Source of the DNA: a virus
Lineage: Duplodnaviria > Caudoviricetes
Strand: one strand, 5' to 3'
Length of the DNA: 64,000 bases
Virus record (IMG/VR): IMGVR_UViG_3300009982_000006
Span: 3,993-67,992 of that record
Of this stretch, positions 1 through 7,906 are shown one piece after another (the first letter of the stretch is position 1; the number at the start of each line of letters is the position of its first letter). The translations under genes were made by a program, and so were the position numbers. The notes under the pieces were generated by a model. The model was given only the letters and a program-made list of their open reading frames with translations. It made no database searches and had not been told where the DNA came from.

Positions 1-2
1 TT

Positions 3-167
3 GATGCTGCGTGTAATAGCCTTGATCGCCAATATGAATTTGCATTAAAGCGAGCTAAGAAAATAGGCGGCAAAAAATTTCATAATAAACAATATGGGGG
101 CGGAATAGTATTTCAGTCACATAACATCAAAAGCACTGAAACCGAAATAAATAATCTTTTAAATAAA
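3..167 (+). CDS. Hypothetical protein, 5'-truncated by the window edge
   Basis: Open frame from the window edge (DAACNSLD...KQYGGGIVFQSHN...LLK*), stop at 165-167. Translated by hand. Confidence 0.7.
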
Positions 168-174
168 TAATCTT

Positions 175-384
175 ATGGCTACTTATGTATGTTTCACCCG
201 TAACTGGTATAAATGGGAATATAAAAACGGCAAAAAAGAATTAGTGCCAGACCCTAGCGCACGAAGAACACAATTACAATCCTTCAATAGTGAAGAAAAA
301 GCGCGGGCATATTGTGAAGAATGGAATAATACACACAATCCTGGTAAACTATCACGTAAATGTGAATACACTTCAAATTATTAA
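175..384 (+). CDS. Small early hypothetical protein (69 aa)
   Basis: ORF in a tightly packed + strand array, A/T-rich start region. Confidence 0.7.
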   Translation: MATYVCFTRNWYKWEYKNGKKELVPDPSARRTQLQSFNSEEKARAYCEEWNNTHNPGKLSRKCEYTSNY

Positions 385-403
385 CCATAATTATATAAAG
401 CAT

Positions 404-628
404 ATGGAAACAATAAAATTATTTGACGGCACCCGTATACCGGTTGTAATAAGCACAAAAGAACGAATCTTTCAGATAGAAACCTTCGACGGCGAGACTA
501 TCCTTTGCAATCTGGGTACAGCTCAAAAGCTAATAAACACCGATTTGTGCAAGAGAATAAAACACTATTGGAATAACAAGTTTAGCGCTATTAGCAAATT
601 AGAGGTTAAGCAAATGCCAGCCTCATAA
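404..628 (+). CDS. Small hypothetical protein (METIKLFDG..., 74 aa)
   Basis: Start moved from 290 to ATG 404 to avoid overlap with the upstream gene. Confidence 0.65.
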   Translation: METIKLFDGTRIPVVISTKERIFQIETFDGETILCNLGTAQKLINTDLCKRIKHYWNNKFSAISKLEVKQMPAS

Positions 629-643
629 TTACATAACAAACAT

Positions 644-656
644 AAAGACGGAAGCA
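644..656 (+). repeat. Intergenic motif AAAGACGGAAG, copy 1
   Basis: Identical 11-mer also at 1439-1449 and 2334-2344, each just after a stop codon. Confidence 0.75.
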
Positions 657-657
657 T

Positions 658-891
658 ATGAACAACATACAAGACAAAGGATTAATTAAAAATGATCCCC
701 GCATAAAGGATTATATTTTATATAAACGCCAAAAAATAAACGTCCCTGAAAGATTTGCTGATTATAAGCTGGTAAACAAAAACAAACCCTACAACCATGC
801 CCAGCTTATTAAAGACGGCTTTCACATAACTGAAATAGAAAGAATAATAAATCGGTTTGACGGCATTTCCTTCGAACTTCTTATTAATTAG
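658..891 (+). CDS. Small hypothetical protein (77 aa)
   Basis: ORF track, co-oriented array. Confidence 0.65.
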   Translation: MNNIQDKGLIKNDPRIKDYILYKRQKINVPERFADYKLVNKNKPYNHAQLIKDGFHITEIERIINRFDGISFELLIN

Positions 892-994
892 TTTTAAATA
901 AGGGTAAATAGTTTGTTTCATATGCCGGGCAACTCAGGGAAGGCTCATGTTGCCCATCTTTATTAAATCATTCTAATTAACTTAATATATCGCT

Positions 995-1210
995 ATGGAT
1001 TATAAACACTTAACCATTATTCAGAAAATAGCATTAAAAGGGTGGATGCAGTGCCCATCGACACGCCCTGCATTTTTCACTCTAAAAGAACATAATTATT
1101 TCGATGCCTTAAATGCAATGTGGATAGTTTCAGATTTCGAAACAGCCATTACAACGTTTTTACTTTCTTTAAATTCTCCTACCCAATTATATAAATCACT
1201 TTTCAACTAA
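995..1210 (+). CDS. Small hypothetical protein (71 aa)
   Basis: ORF track, co-oriented array. Confidence 0.65.
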   Translation: MDYKHLTIIQKIALKGWMQCPSTRPAFFTLKEHNYFDALNAMWIVSDFETAITTFLLSLNSPTQLYKSLFN

Positions 1211-1216
1211 TATATC

Positions 1217-1426
1217 ATGCCTCAATTACTAACCGTAGGCTATTGGCATTTAAACCCGTTGCCAAACCTACCCTATAAACATATGCAATCATTCCCTTAC
1301 TCAATAGAGCAAAGAAATGAAATAATTGATACAGTACTGAATGCGGGCTACTCTGTAATGATAAGACCGCTAAATTTTGACGAAATGATTATCTGGATAG
1401 ATAAAGGTAGGTTTGGACAGAAATAA
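1217..1426 (+). CDS. Small hypothetical protein (69 aa)
   Basis: ORF track, co-oriented array. Confidence 0.65.
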   Translation: MPQLLTVGYWHLNPLPNLPYKHMQSFPYSIEQRNEIIDTVLNAGYSVMIRPLNFDEMIIWIDKGRFGQK

Positions 1427-1438
1427 GCCAACAGCCCC

Positions 1439-1449
1439 AAAGACGGAAG
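1439..1449 (+). repeat. Intergenic motif AAAGACGGAAG, copy 2
   Basis: Identical to copies at 644 and 2334. Confidence 0.75.
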
Positions 1450-1480
1450 AAATTAACCATTGTAATTAAATTAATATATT

Positions 1481-1669
1481 ATGAAAAAAGATGAATACCT
1501 AATAGGTTATACTCCTAGATATATCGCTCTTCCTAAAACATATGCCGTTTGGGATACTCAGACTCAATGTTGGGTAGGGGACACTGACAACACCGAACAA
1601 TCAACCGTTCAGGAAACAGCCGAACAATTTAATAATTGGAACAATAAAGCAAATACCAATGATAACTGA
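1481..1669 (+). CDS. Small hypothetical protein (62 aa)
   Basis: ORF track, overlaps next start. Confidence 0.65.
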   Translation: MKKDEYLIGYTPRYIALPKTYAVWDTQTQCWVGDTDNTEQSTVQETAEQFNNWNNKANTNDN

Positions 1670-1883
1670 ATTTACATGCGGGATATTTAAGGCCGTTGCT
1701 GATCCAATAAATACAAGATTTATGCTACTCATAGGGGGTTCTTCAATAGGTTATATTACCGGAGACGGGGAAAGCATTAAATTATATTCCAGCCATCCAT
1801 ATTTTACACAAGATTCATTAATAGAAATAGCCGTATTAATGAACAACATTAAACGTCAATACAAACAACTACAAACTAATTAA
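1659..1883 (+). CDS. Small hypothetical protein (74 aa)
   Basis: ORF track, packed array. Confidence 0.65.
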   Translation: MITEFTCGIFKAVADPINTRFMLLIGGSSIGYITGDGESIKLYSSHPYFTQDSLIEIAVLMNNIKRQYKQLQTN

Positions 1884-1884
1884 T

Positions 1885-2079
1885 ATGTCAAAATCAAATG
1901 CATTAACCAGGCGCAAGCAACAATATGCTATTGAGTTATATAAAGTAGCCAATGATCTAAGACGGGCAGTATTTGTAAACGGTAGTTATCCTGACGATAT
2001 AATGAAAGTAGCAACAGAAGCACTACGGATTGTTCGCTTAATAGATAACCCAATATTAGAACCAAAACCTAAAAAATAA
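1885..2079 (+). CDS. Small hypothetical protein (64 aa)
   Basis: ORF track, packed array. Confidence 0.65.
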   Translation: MSKSNALTRRKQQYAIELYKVANDLRRAVFVNGSYPDDIMKVATEALRIVRLIDNPILEPKPKK

Positions 2080-2089
2080 TTAAAATACT

Positions 2090-2326
2090 ATGGAACAATT
2101 AACATTAGAACAGGCTGCTACCAATTATGCCCCATTAACGGCAGAAAGAATTAAGCGTGAATCTTTTAAAGCTGGTGCAGAATGGCAGAAAGAACAGATA
2201 AGAGAAATATTTAAACAGCTACTTCCTATTCTCAAAGAAGCGTTTTTCGTGTGCCTTAACGAAGGCCAGGATGATGTGGTTGAACGGGCAGAAGCTTTTA
2301 TAGATCAGTTACAGCTGAATGAATAA
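2090..2326 (+). CDS. Small hypothetical protein with FKAGAEWQ motif
   Basis: The F-x-AGAEWQ motif is recalled from Bacteroidota phage hypothetical proteins; not searched. Confidence 0.65.
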   Translation: MEQLTLEQAATNYAPLTAERIKRESFKAGAEWQKEQIREIFKQLLPILKEAFFVCLNEGQDDVVERAEAFIDQLQLNE

Positions 2327-2333
2327 CCTACCT

Positions 2334-2346
2334 AAAGACGGAAGCA
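2334..2346 (+). repeat. Intergenic motif AAAGACGGAAG(CA), copy 3
   Basis: 13 bp identical to copy 1; intergenic if the next gene starts at ATG 2379. Confidence 0.75.
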
Positions 2347-2378
2347 AAACAATACATAAATTCTTAAATCTATTTACA

Positions 2379-2591
2379 ATGTCAAATTTAACTGATTTAG
2401 CATTCCCTTTAATCGAACCTCATGGCCCAATTGGCAGTATGTCATTAGGCTTCACTAAACACGAATACGCAGCTATTTTGATTGCTCAAGGACTAGTTGC
2501 AAAATATAATTTAAAAACGCCTGAAGATCAAAAAACAATAGCCCAATTGGCTTATGAGCTTGCGGGTGAAGTATTGGGTCAATTTAAATAA
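2379..2591 (+). CDS. Small hypothetical protein (MSNLTDLAFP..., 70 aa)
   Basis: Start moved to ATG 2379, which follows an A/T-rich initiation region. Confidence 0.65.
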   Translation: MSNLTDLAFPLIEPHGPIGSMSLGFTKHEYAAILIAQGLVAKYNLKTPEDQKTIAQLAYELAGEVLGQFK

Positions 2592-2610
2592 TACTTAAAC
2601 TGTTTTCATA

Positions 2611-2958
2611 ATGGGAGAAATAAGCGACGGATTAATTAATGGGGATTTTGATTTTTATACGGGAGAATATTTAGGGCGCGGGTATGGTATACCACGTACT
2701 GGCAATCGCTCGCTACCTTGGGAGCGTAGAAAAGGAAAGATAGGTAAAGCAAAAGATCCTAAAGAGAGCGCTTACAATGGAGTTAAAAAGTACATATCTA
2801 TGCGATGGGCTGGCCGCAAAGATATACCAGGAATGCGCGAATTGATTTATGAGTTTACAGGAGAAAAGAATTTAGATATAAAAGAAAAATGCATTGACAT
2901 ACAAAAGGATTTTAAAGCTTTTATAAACTTTATAAACCAAAAACTAAAACATACTTAA
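2611..2958 (+). CDS. Hypothetical protein (115 aa)
   Basis: ORF track. Confidence 0.7.
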   Translation: MGEISDGLINGDFDFYTGEYLGRGYGIPRTGNRSLPWERRKGKIGKAKDPKESAYNGVKKYISMRWAGRKDIPGMRELIYEFTGEKNLDIKEKCIDIQKDFKAFINFINQKLKHT

Positions 2959-2998
2959 AATGAATATACCTTAATTATGTTTACCTGATAAAACAATA

Positions 2999-3121
2999 AT
3001 GCTTGGTTATTCAGGGGGCATGGCCTTATATGTGGCCCATTGGAACTCTTATAGATGCCTTTTTAAACTGGTTTGCAATGAGTTTGCCTTATGGTATGAA
3101 CCAATCCCGAATTTAAACTAA
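2999..3121 (+). CDS. Small hypothetical protein (40 aa), below the ORF-track cutoff
   Basis: MLGYSGGMALYVAHWNSYRCLFKLVCNEFALWYEPIPNLN* fills the gap between neighbours. Confidence 0.4.
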   Translation: MLGYSGGMALYVAHWNSYRCLFKLVCNEFALWYEPIPNLN

Positions 3122-3123
3122 TA

Positions 3124-3432
3124 ATGCATATGACTATTTATGATTTAAGGAAAGTAATTAAAGCTACTGAATGGATTAATGATTCAGGCGGCGCAACTAT
3201 TTTTTATAAATTAGGGAGTATAAAAAGTGCTGCTCATTTCACATTCGATGAGCTAGTATCTGAATTAACGCATATAAGCTCAATTGAATCAGCGGAAGAA
3301 TTATTCACCGGCTATGAAATAAGCCAATGGGACGCCCTTAACCTTGTAATTCGGCATGAATATGCAAAGCACATGGAATCTGAAATAGAAAATTCAGATC
3401 TAGGAAAAGCAATTAATAAACTCACAAAATAA
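3124..3432 (+). CDS. Hypothetical protein (102 aa)
   Basis: ORF track. Confidence 0.7.
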   Translation: MHMTIYDLRKVIKATEWINDSGGATIFYKLGSIKSAAHFTFDELVSELTHISSIESAEELFTGYEISQWDALNLVIRHEYAKHMESEIENSDLGKAINKLTK

Positions 3433-3440
3433 AAACCAAC

Positions 3441-3803
3441 ATGAAAAAGAACCTCTTAATCATTCTGCTACTTGCCATTTCTTTATTAAGTGCCTTTTGG
3501 GCTACAGCCCAAGATTCAACAAATAATCAAGGGGGCTGTGGCACTATAGCTACTATTATCCAGGATAATGTTCCAAAGCTGATTGCAGATGAAACCTGGC
3601 GAACCTACACTAAGACGGGAGCCAAAATAGTAACTTATTCAGAGAGTGTATTTAAAGAGTTATCCTTGCGTTTTGGCGATAGATTTAATAAAATTACTAT
3701 TCACAGAAAGAAGGATCGGCACGGCGAATACAAAGAATATACACTACTAACATCAGCACAAATAGGAGCTGAAATTACTAACTGGGCAAAACATAACTTA
3801 TAA
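3441..3803 (+). CDS. Secreted/periplasmic hypothetical protein
   Basis: Sec-type signal peptide MKKNLLIILLLAISLLSAFWATA-QD. Confidence 0.7.
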   Translation: MKKNLLIILLLAISLLSAFWATAQDSTNNQGGCGTIATIIQDNVPKLIADETWRTYTKTGAKIVTYSESVFKELSLRFGDRFNKITIHRKKDRHGEYKEYTLLTSAQIGAEITNWAKHNL

Positions 3804-3937
3804 TGAAAACATCTTCATGGGTTATATTCAGCATTATTATGTTAATGGGGTGGGTAGCCCTATTTTCTAAATGTTATGAAATTTCATTTCAATGCTTTTT
3901 GGCAGTTGCAATAATATTCACAACCCAAAACAAATAA
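3803..3937 (+). CDS. Small membrane protein (44 aa), below the ORF-track cutoff
   Basis: MKTSSWVIFSIIMLMGWVALF...FLAVAIIF; start overlaps the upstream stop (TAATG). Confidence 0.55.
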   Translation: MKTSSWVIFSIIMLMGWVALFSKCYEISFQCFLAVAIIFTTQNK

Positions 3938-3946
3938 ACTTACAAC

Positions 3947-4129
3947 ATGCAAACTCCACACTCAACTCGTAGAATGTCAATACATGCGATCTTTTTAATC
4001 CTAATTGGATTTATTATTATTACAATGGCCTTTTCTTCCTGTAGCCCATATAAAAATGGATGCAAAGAAGTAAGAGGTAAAAACTACAAAGTAGGCTATT
4101 TCATAACTAATAGGCCATATAGATATTAA
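3947..4129 (+). CDS. Small putative lipoprotein
   Basis: Hydrophobic stretch followed by lipobox-like FSS-C. Confidence 0.55.
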   Translation: MQTPHSTRRMSIHAIFLILIGFIIITMAFSSCSPYKNGCKEVRGKNYKVGYFITNRPYRY

Positions 4130-4257
4130 ACTTCTGTCATGGAAGGACGCAAGAGAGCCGGTTAAGTATTTATCCTTTGTAAATCCCGGCTCTTATTTAG
4201 TAACCTTTTTAAAGAGTCTCATAAGCAGTAGTTACTCTCAGCCTGGGAGTAAATTTC

Positions 4258-4286
4258 AGCCCCTTTAGTCTTATCGGGGCTTTTTT
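4258..4286 (+). terminator. Intrinsic terminator directly upstream of the ECF sigma gene
   Basis: AGCCCC-N12-GGGGCT followed by a T run. Confidence 0.75.
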
Positions 4287-4305
4287 ATCCTTAAACCTTG
4301 TTACC

Positions 4306-4797
4306 ATGACTGAGCATGAATTTAATACCATCTTTAATACCTATAGAATGTACATATTTAATTATGTAAATAAGACTATAGGCAGCAGACCTGACGCGGA
4401 AGAAATAACATCTACGGTATTCATCAAAATGTGGAATACACAACCTGTTTTTATAACAGAGGAACAGACGAAAGCATGGTTATTTAAAACCGCAAAAAGA
4501 AAATGCTTTGATCATATCAAAATGCATAAACATAGAATGTTGCGAGAGAAAGTATGGATTGCAGAAGTTCCTGAATGGGAAGAGTTGAACATTATAGAGC
4601 TAGATGCACATACAGCTACCTTACAAAGGATCATTGAGATGATTAAATCATATACAAAACAGGAGCGATTGGTATTTAATCTTCATTTTATAGAAGGGTT
4701 AAAGCCTAGAGAAATATCAAAAATTTTAAAATCTTCCCCTCAAACCATCAGTAATCAATTAACAGCAATTAGAAATAAAATAAAAAAGGGCCAATAA
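4306..4797 (+). CDS. ECF-type sigma-70 factor
   Basis: Region 2 (DAEEITSTVFIKMW...KAWLFKTAKRKCFD) and region 4 HTH (ERLVFNLHFIEGLKPREISKIL...TISNQL). Confidence 0.85.
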   Translation: MTEHEFNTIFNTYRMYIFNYVNKTIGSRPDAEEITSTVFIKMWNTQPVFITEEQTKAWLFKTAKRKCFDHIKMHKHRMLREKVWIAEVPEWEELNIIELDAHTATLQRIIEMIKSYTKQERLVFNLHFIEGLKPREISKILKSSPQTISNQLTAIRNKIKKGQ

Positions 4798-4843
4798 GAA
4801 TAAAGGCCCCGGCAAAAACTAATGATTATGAAAAATGTATTAC

Positions 4844-5368
4844 TTACGCTAATGATTTTATCAAAATAGCCGCCCCGCATTGTTGATCAATATAATTTGG
4901 ATCAAACTTACCATCTGCAACATACTTTCCCTTTTGATATTTGTCTGACCAACTCCATAAATATGGGCTTGGTAAGCCTTTCTTTTTATACCCCAGCCCG
5001 TTATATGCTTCTACTAAATTGAGTGTATTTTCTATTGACCAATCTTTTACCTTATCCCATCCTTTTAGCTTTATTGCATCTATGGCGCTTTCTACCCAGG
5101 TAAATGGAGGCTGTCCTTTTATTGGCCTACCAGCAGGGACATGTTTAGTACGTGCGGTTAATGGGTCACCATTATGTAAATGGCGGGAGAAATTTAAAGA
5201 CGATTCGCGGTAGTGAATAGCCCCTAGCACATACCATGGAACATTAGTTATTTGGCTTACTTCATCATACTTGGATTTATTCTTTAGTATCCTAGCTGTC
5301 AATAAATCTAGTTGAGGTTTCTTTTTGGGCGCGACTATCATTCCATCAAAAGATTCTTTATAACTCAT
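4844..5368 (-). CDS. Endolysin, lysozyme-fold (COG5526-like)
   Basis: VPWYVLGAIHYRES with candidate catalytic Glu, EAYNGLGY, PSPYLWS, GKYVADGKFD; last gene of the membrane cassette. Confidence 0.8.
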   Translation of the reverse strand: MSYKESFDGMIVAPKKKPQLDLLTARILKNKSKYDEVSQITNVPWYVLGAIHYRESSLNFSRHLHNGDPLTARTKHVPAGRPIKGQPPFTWVESAIDAIKLKGWDKVKDWSIENTLNLVEAYNGLGYKKKGLPSPYLWSWSDKYQKGKYVADGKFDPNYIDQQCGAAILIKSLA

Positions 5369-5715
5369 TACTTTATTTTAAATACTTTATGGTAGAATAA
5401 AATAAATGTGCAATTCCAATTGATGCCAGCGCAAACTAGATAAACAGCCCAATGTAAAGAAGCAGATGGGGTAAAGAGGGCCGCTACAATAGCCCCGCAC
5501 ATGCAAGTCACCATAAGAGACTTGCTTATGTGCCAGCTATCAAATTTATAACCCCATAAGCGCTTTGCATATTGCCATGACACTTCCTTACACCAAAACT
5601 TCTTATCCCAGTTTTTAAATATACTTTCGTTATAATTAGGTTCGTTCTCAAATGCATCCATGCAGGCATTAAAGAATGCTCCTAAGAATATAAGTATACC
5701 TATAACCCATATCAT
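5368..5715 (-). CDS. Membrane protein in the lysis cassette
   Basis: Three hydrophobic segments; start overlaps neighbour's stop. Confidence 0.6.
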   Translation of the reverse strand: MIWVIGILIFLGAFFNACMDAFENEPNYNESIFKNWDKKFWCKEVSWQYAKRLWGYKFDSWHISKSLMVTCMCGAIVAALFTPSASLHWAVYLVCAGINWNCTFILFYHKVFKIK

Positions 5716-6056
5716 TGCTTAGCAGCATTTTCTTTACTATCTATTATCACTTGCTTATCTTCTCTATTCAGTGCGTGGTGTAATCCAATTGTAAATGCCA
5801 ATAAAAGAGCCACAATAGTAGCTGCCTTTCTAAAGTAGTCATAATTAGGATCTTTAAAATAAGCTATGGTAGCCACCCACAAAGCACTCAACAACCCATG
5901 CCCAACCCATATTCCCAATCTAGCAATCTTCGACATATCATTTACAGATGAGTAGCCAAAATCAATAATAATAAGAAATGCCGTAAACAGAATACCAACA
6001 AGCAACCATGCTAACATTTCATCATCTTTTTTCTTTGTTCTTGTTTCGAGTGTCAT
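5712..6056 (-). CDS. Membrane protein, holin-like candidate
   Basis: Three TM segments and a charged C-terminus. Confidence 0.5.
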   Translation of the reverse strand: MTLETRTKKKDDEMLAWLLVGILFTAFLIIIDFGYSSVNDMSKIARLGIWVGHGLLSALWVATIAYFKDPNYDYFRKAATIVALLLAFTIGLHHALNREDKQVIIDSKENAAKQ

Positions 6057-6057
6057 A

Positions 6058-6822
6058 TTATTTACGTTTTAATGATAAAGGAAAATTAATTGAGGTTTCC
6101 ACTGTAGTTTTATTGGGGCCATAGTACCCTTTAACTCCAAATAAAACATTTCTTGTAGTTTGATATAATAGCCCGGCTCCTGCTGCAACCGGCCACGGCG
6201 ACCACAAAACGCCCCATGATAAGTATAAACGGCCTTTGGGCCTTATATTACTAATTGAACCTTTTTGAATAAGAGTGAGGCTATCTACTTTGGAACGGAA
6301 ATCATCTCGTTCTCGTTCGACCAGGAATACTCTGTTTGAAATGAGGGACGTTTCTCTTTTAAATCTTACGGCCCAATCTGCAACTTCTTGTTTGTATTTT
6401 AAAGTGAGCTTATCTGTTACATCTAATCTTTCAAAGCACTCTTTACAATCATCTACAAACTCTTTTGGTGCCAGCACAGTTGCGGTATCTGTGTATTTTT
6501 GATCTCTATATTTTTTGAGTAGTTTTTTGTTTTCACTTAACGCGCTATTTAAGTCGTCTTCCGCCCGCTCTTTTTGATTTTCTGCCAATAGCCTTTGGCC
6601 TCTTTCAAACTCCAAAGAGTCTTCATATGATTTCTTAGATTCTGTCCAGCCATCTATGGCGCGTTTAGAAATAACAGAAAAGCTATCTGTTAACTCAATT
6701 AGTGTTTCGATCTGTTGCTGGTTATTCTTTACTTTTTTACATCCTCTATAAAGAGCAATTATAAGTATGCCAATAGCTACAAGCATGGCAAAAATCACCC
6801 AATTGGAAATTTTTATATTCAC
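6058..6822 (-). CDS. Membrane-anchored coiled-coil protein, Rz/i-spanin-like
   Basis: N-terminal TM, long coiled coil, C-terminal beta-rich segment; located in the lysis region. Confidence 0.55.
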   Translation of the reverse strand: MNIKISNWVIFAMLVAIGILIIALYRGCKKVKNNQQQIETLIELTDSFSVISKRAIDGWTESKKSYEDSLEFERGQRLLAENQKERAEDDLNSALSENKKLLKKYRDQKYTDTATVLAPKEFVDDCKECFERLDVTDKLTLKYKQEVADWAVRFKRETSLISNRVFLVERERDDFRSKVDSLTLIQKGSISNIRPKGRLYLSWGVLWSPWPVAAGAGLLYQTTRNVLFGVKGYYGPNKTTVETSINFPLSLKRK

Positions 6823-6841
6823 GCTACAAACATTTTTAAAA

Positions 6842-6940
6842 TGAAATGCCCCCTGTCCTAAAGTGTCTCACCAGATCCTCTACGGAATCTACACTCTAAA
6901 ACAGGAGGCGCTTCAAATGAAATATCTTTTATCTGGTGAG
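6842..6940 (-). ncRNA. Candidate structured (pseudoknotted) cis RNA element
   Basis: On the - strand, 6909-6891 pairs with 6866-6848 over 19 bp (15 WC, 4 G-U), and 6940-6931 pairs perfectly with 6876-6867 over 10 bp; the stems interleave. Confidence 0.65.
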
Positions 6941-6964
6941 TTTGTCAAAGTTGGATATTTTTTA

Positions 6965-7414
6965 TTACCCATCCAAATCTTTCTTTACTTTATAGAAGCC
7001 AACGAAAGCCGCCGATATAGAACACAATCCTAGCACTACTATATACATCCAATAAGATGTTTTATAGTTATACATGAATGAAACAGTATCAAAAACATGA
7101 TACATAAAATAAATATACCATATCACATACAAACGCATGCTATATCGTTGCCATTCAAGATATGTAGCATAATTTCGTGAATGCGCCTGACATGCACCTG
7201 CAAATAAAATAGCCATCAGTACAAGTGAATCTTCAAGCATCTTCGAATACCATAAAATACTTAACTGTTCTGCCTTAAAGGAAGTCTGCAAAAACCAATC
7301 ATCTACATAATAATCTTTAGACTCCGGCCATGCCCAATAAATAAATGTATGTGATTCTGTTAGCAGATGACCCACTACCAACAGAATCACTATACTTGCG
7401 TACCGGCTTTTCAT
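6965..7414 (-). CDS. Multi-pass membrane protein (149 aa)
   Basis: About four TM helices; ATGA overlap with the upstream small gene. Confidence 0.65.
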   Translation of the reverse strand: MKSRYASIVILLVVGHLLTESHTFIYWAWPESKDYYVDDWFLQTSFKAEQLSILWYSKMLEDSLVLMAILFAGACQAHSRNYATYLEWQRYSMRLYVIWYIYFMYHVFDTVSFMYNYKTSYWMYIVVLGLCSISAAFVGFYKVKKDLDG

Positions 7415-7587
7415 GGGGGAGTCGCTGGCCCATGTCCAGGAGGATTAGAACCATCTTCATCTCCCGCAGGGGCAACAAAGGACTCTAATTCGGTTACTAT
7501 TTCATCCAATTCCTTATCCCTCTCTTTGCCTTCATTCCATTTTTTAAGCCTGTCAAGAAGCTCTTTTAATCTTTGTTGATCTTTCAT
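7411..7587 (-). CDS. Small charged protein with Pro/Gly tail (58 aa)
   Basis: MKDQQRLKELL...GDEDGSNPPGHGPATPP*; start moved to ATG 7587 after an A-rich region. Confidence 0.55.
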   Translation of the reverse strand: MKDQQRLKELLDRLKKWNEGKERDKELDEIVTELESFVAPAGDEDGSNPPGHGPATPP

Positions 7588-7864
7588 TTTTATTTTGTTT
7601 ACGTTTTGTCTTTCTCTTTGCGATCTTATCTTTAGCCCATTTATAAAGATCATTACCGGCGACTGTAGCACATCCTGATATTAATCCACTAACACCTACT
7701 GCAAATACTTTGACCAGATAGGCAATAAGGAAAGCGCTTTTATGAGACAAGTTACTACCAAATAGAAAAATCCCAGAAACAATCCAGCCCCCAGTAGCGC
7801 CTTTAATAAATATATTGATCTTCTCTCCCCATAGGATTTTAAGCCAGTCGAATATTCTTTGCAT
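7553..7864 (-). CDS. Holin-like membrane protein
   Basis: Two TM segments and a very basic C-terminal tail (KRKTKRKQNK). Confidence 0.55.
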   Translation of the reverse strand: MQRIFDWLKILWGEKINIFIKGATGGWIVSGIFLFGSNLSHKSAFLIAYLVKVFAVGVSGLISGCATVAGNDLYKWAKDKIAKRKTKRKQNKNERSTKIKRAS

Positions 7865-7906
7865 GGTATAGTGGTATTATAATTACGATGTATCATTTGT
7901 GCATTT

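Noticed and set aside
927-955. Hairpin GGGCAAC-N15-GTTGCCC in an early intergenic region
   Set aside because: A single 7-bp stem with no U-tract or second copy; not distinguishable from chance
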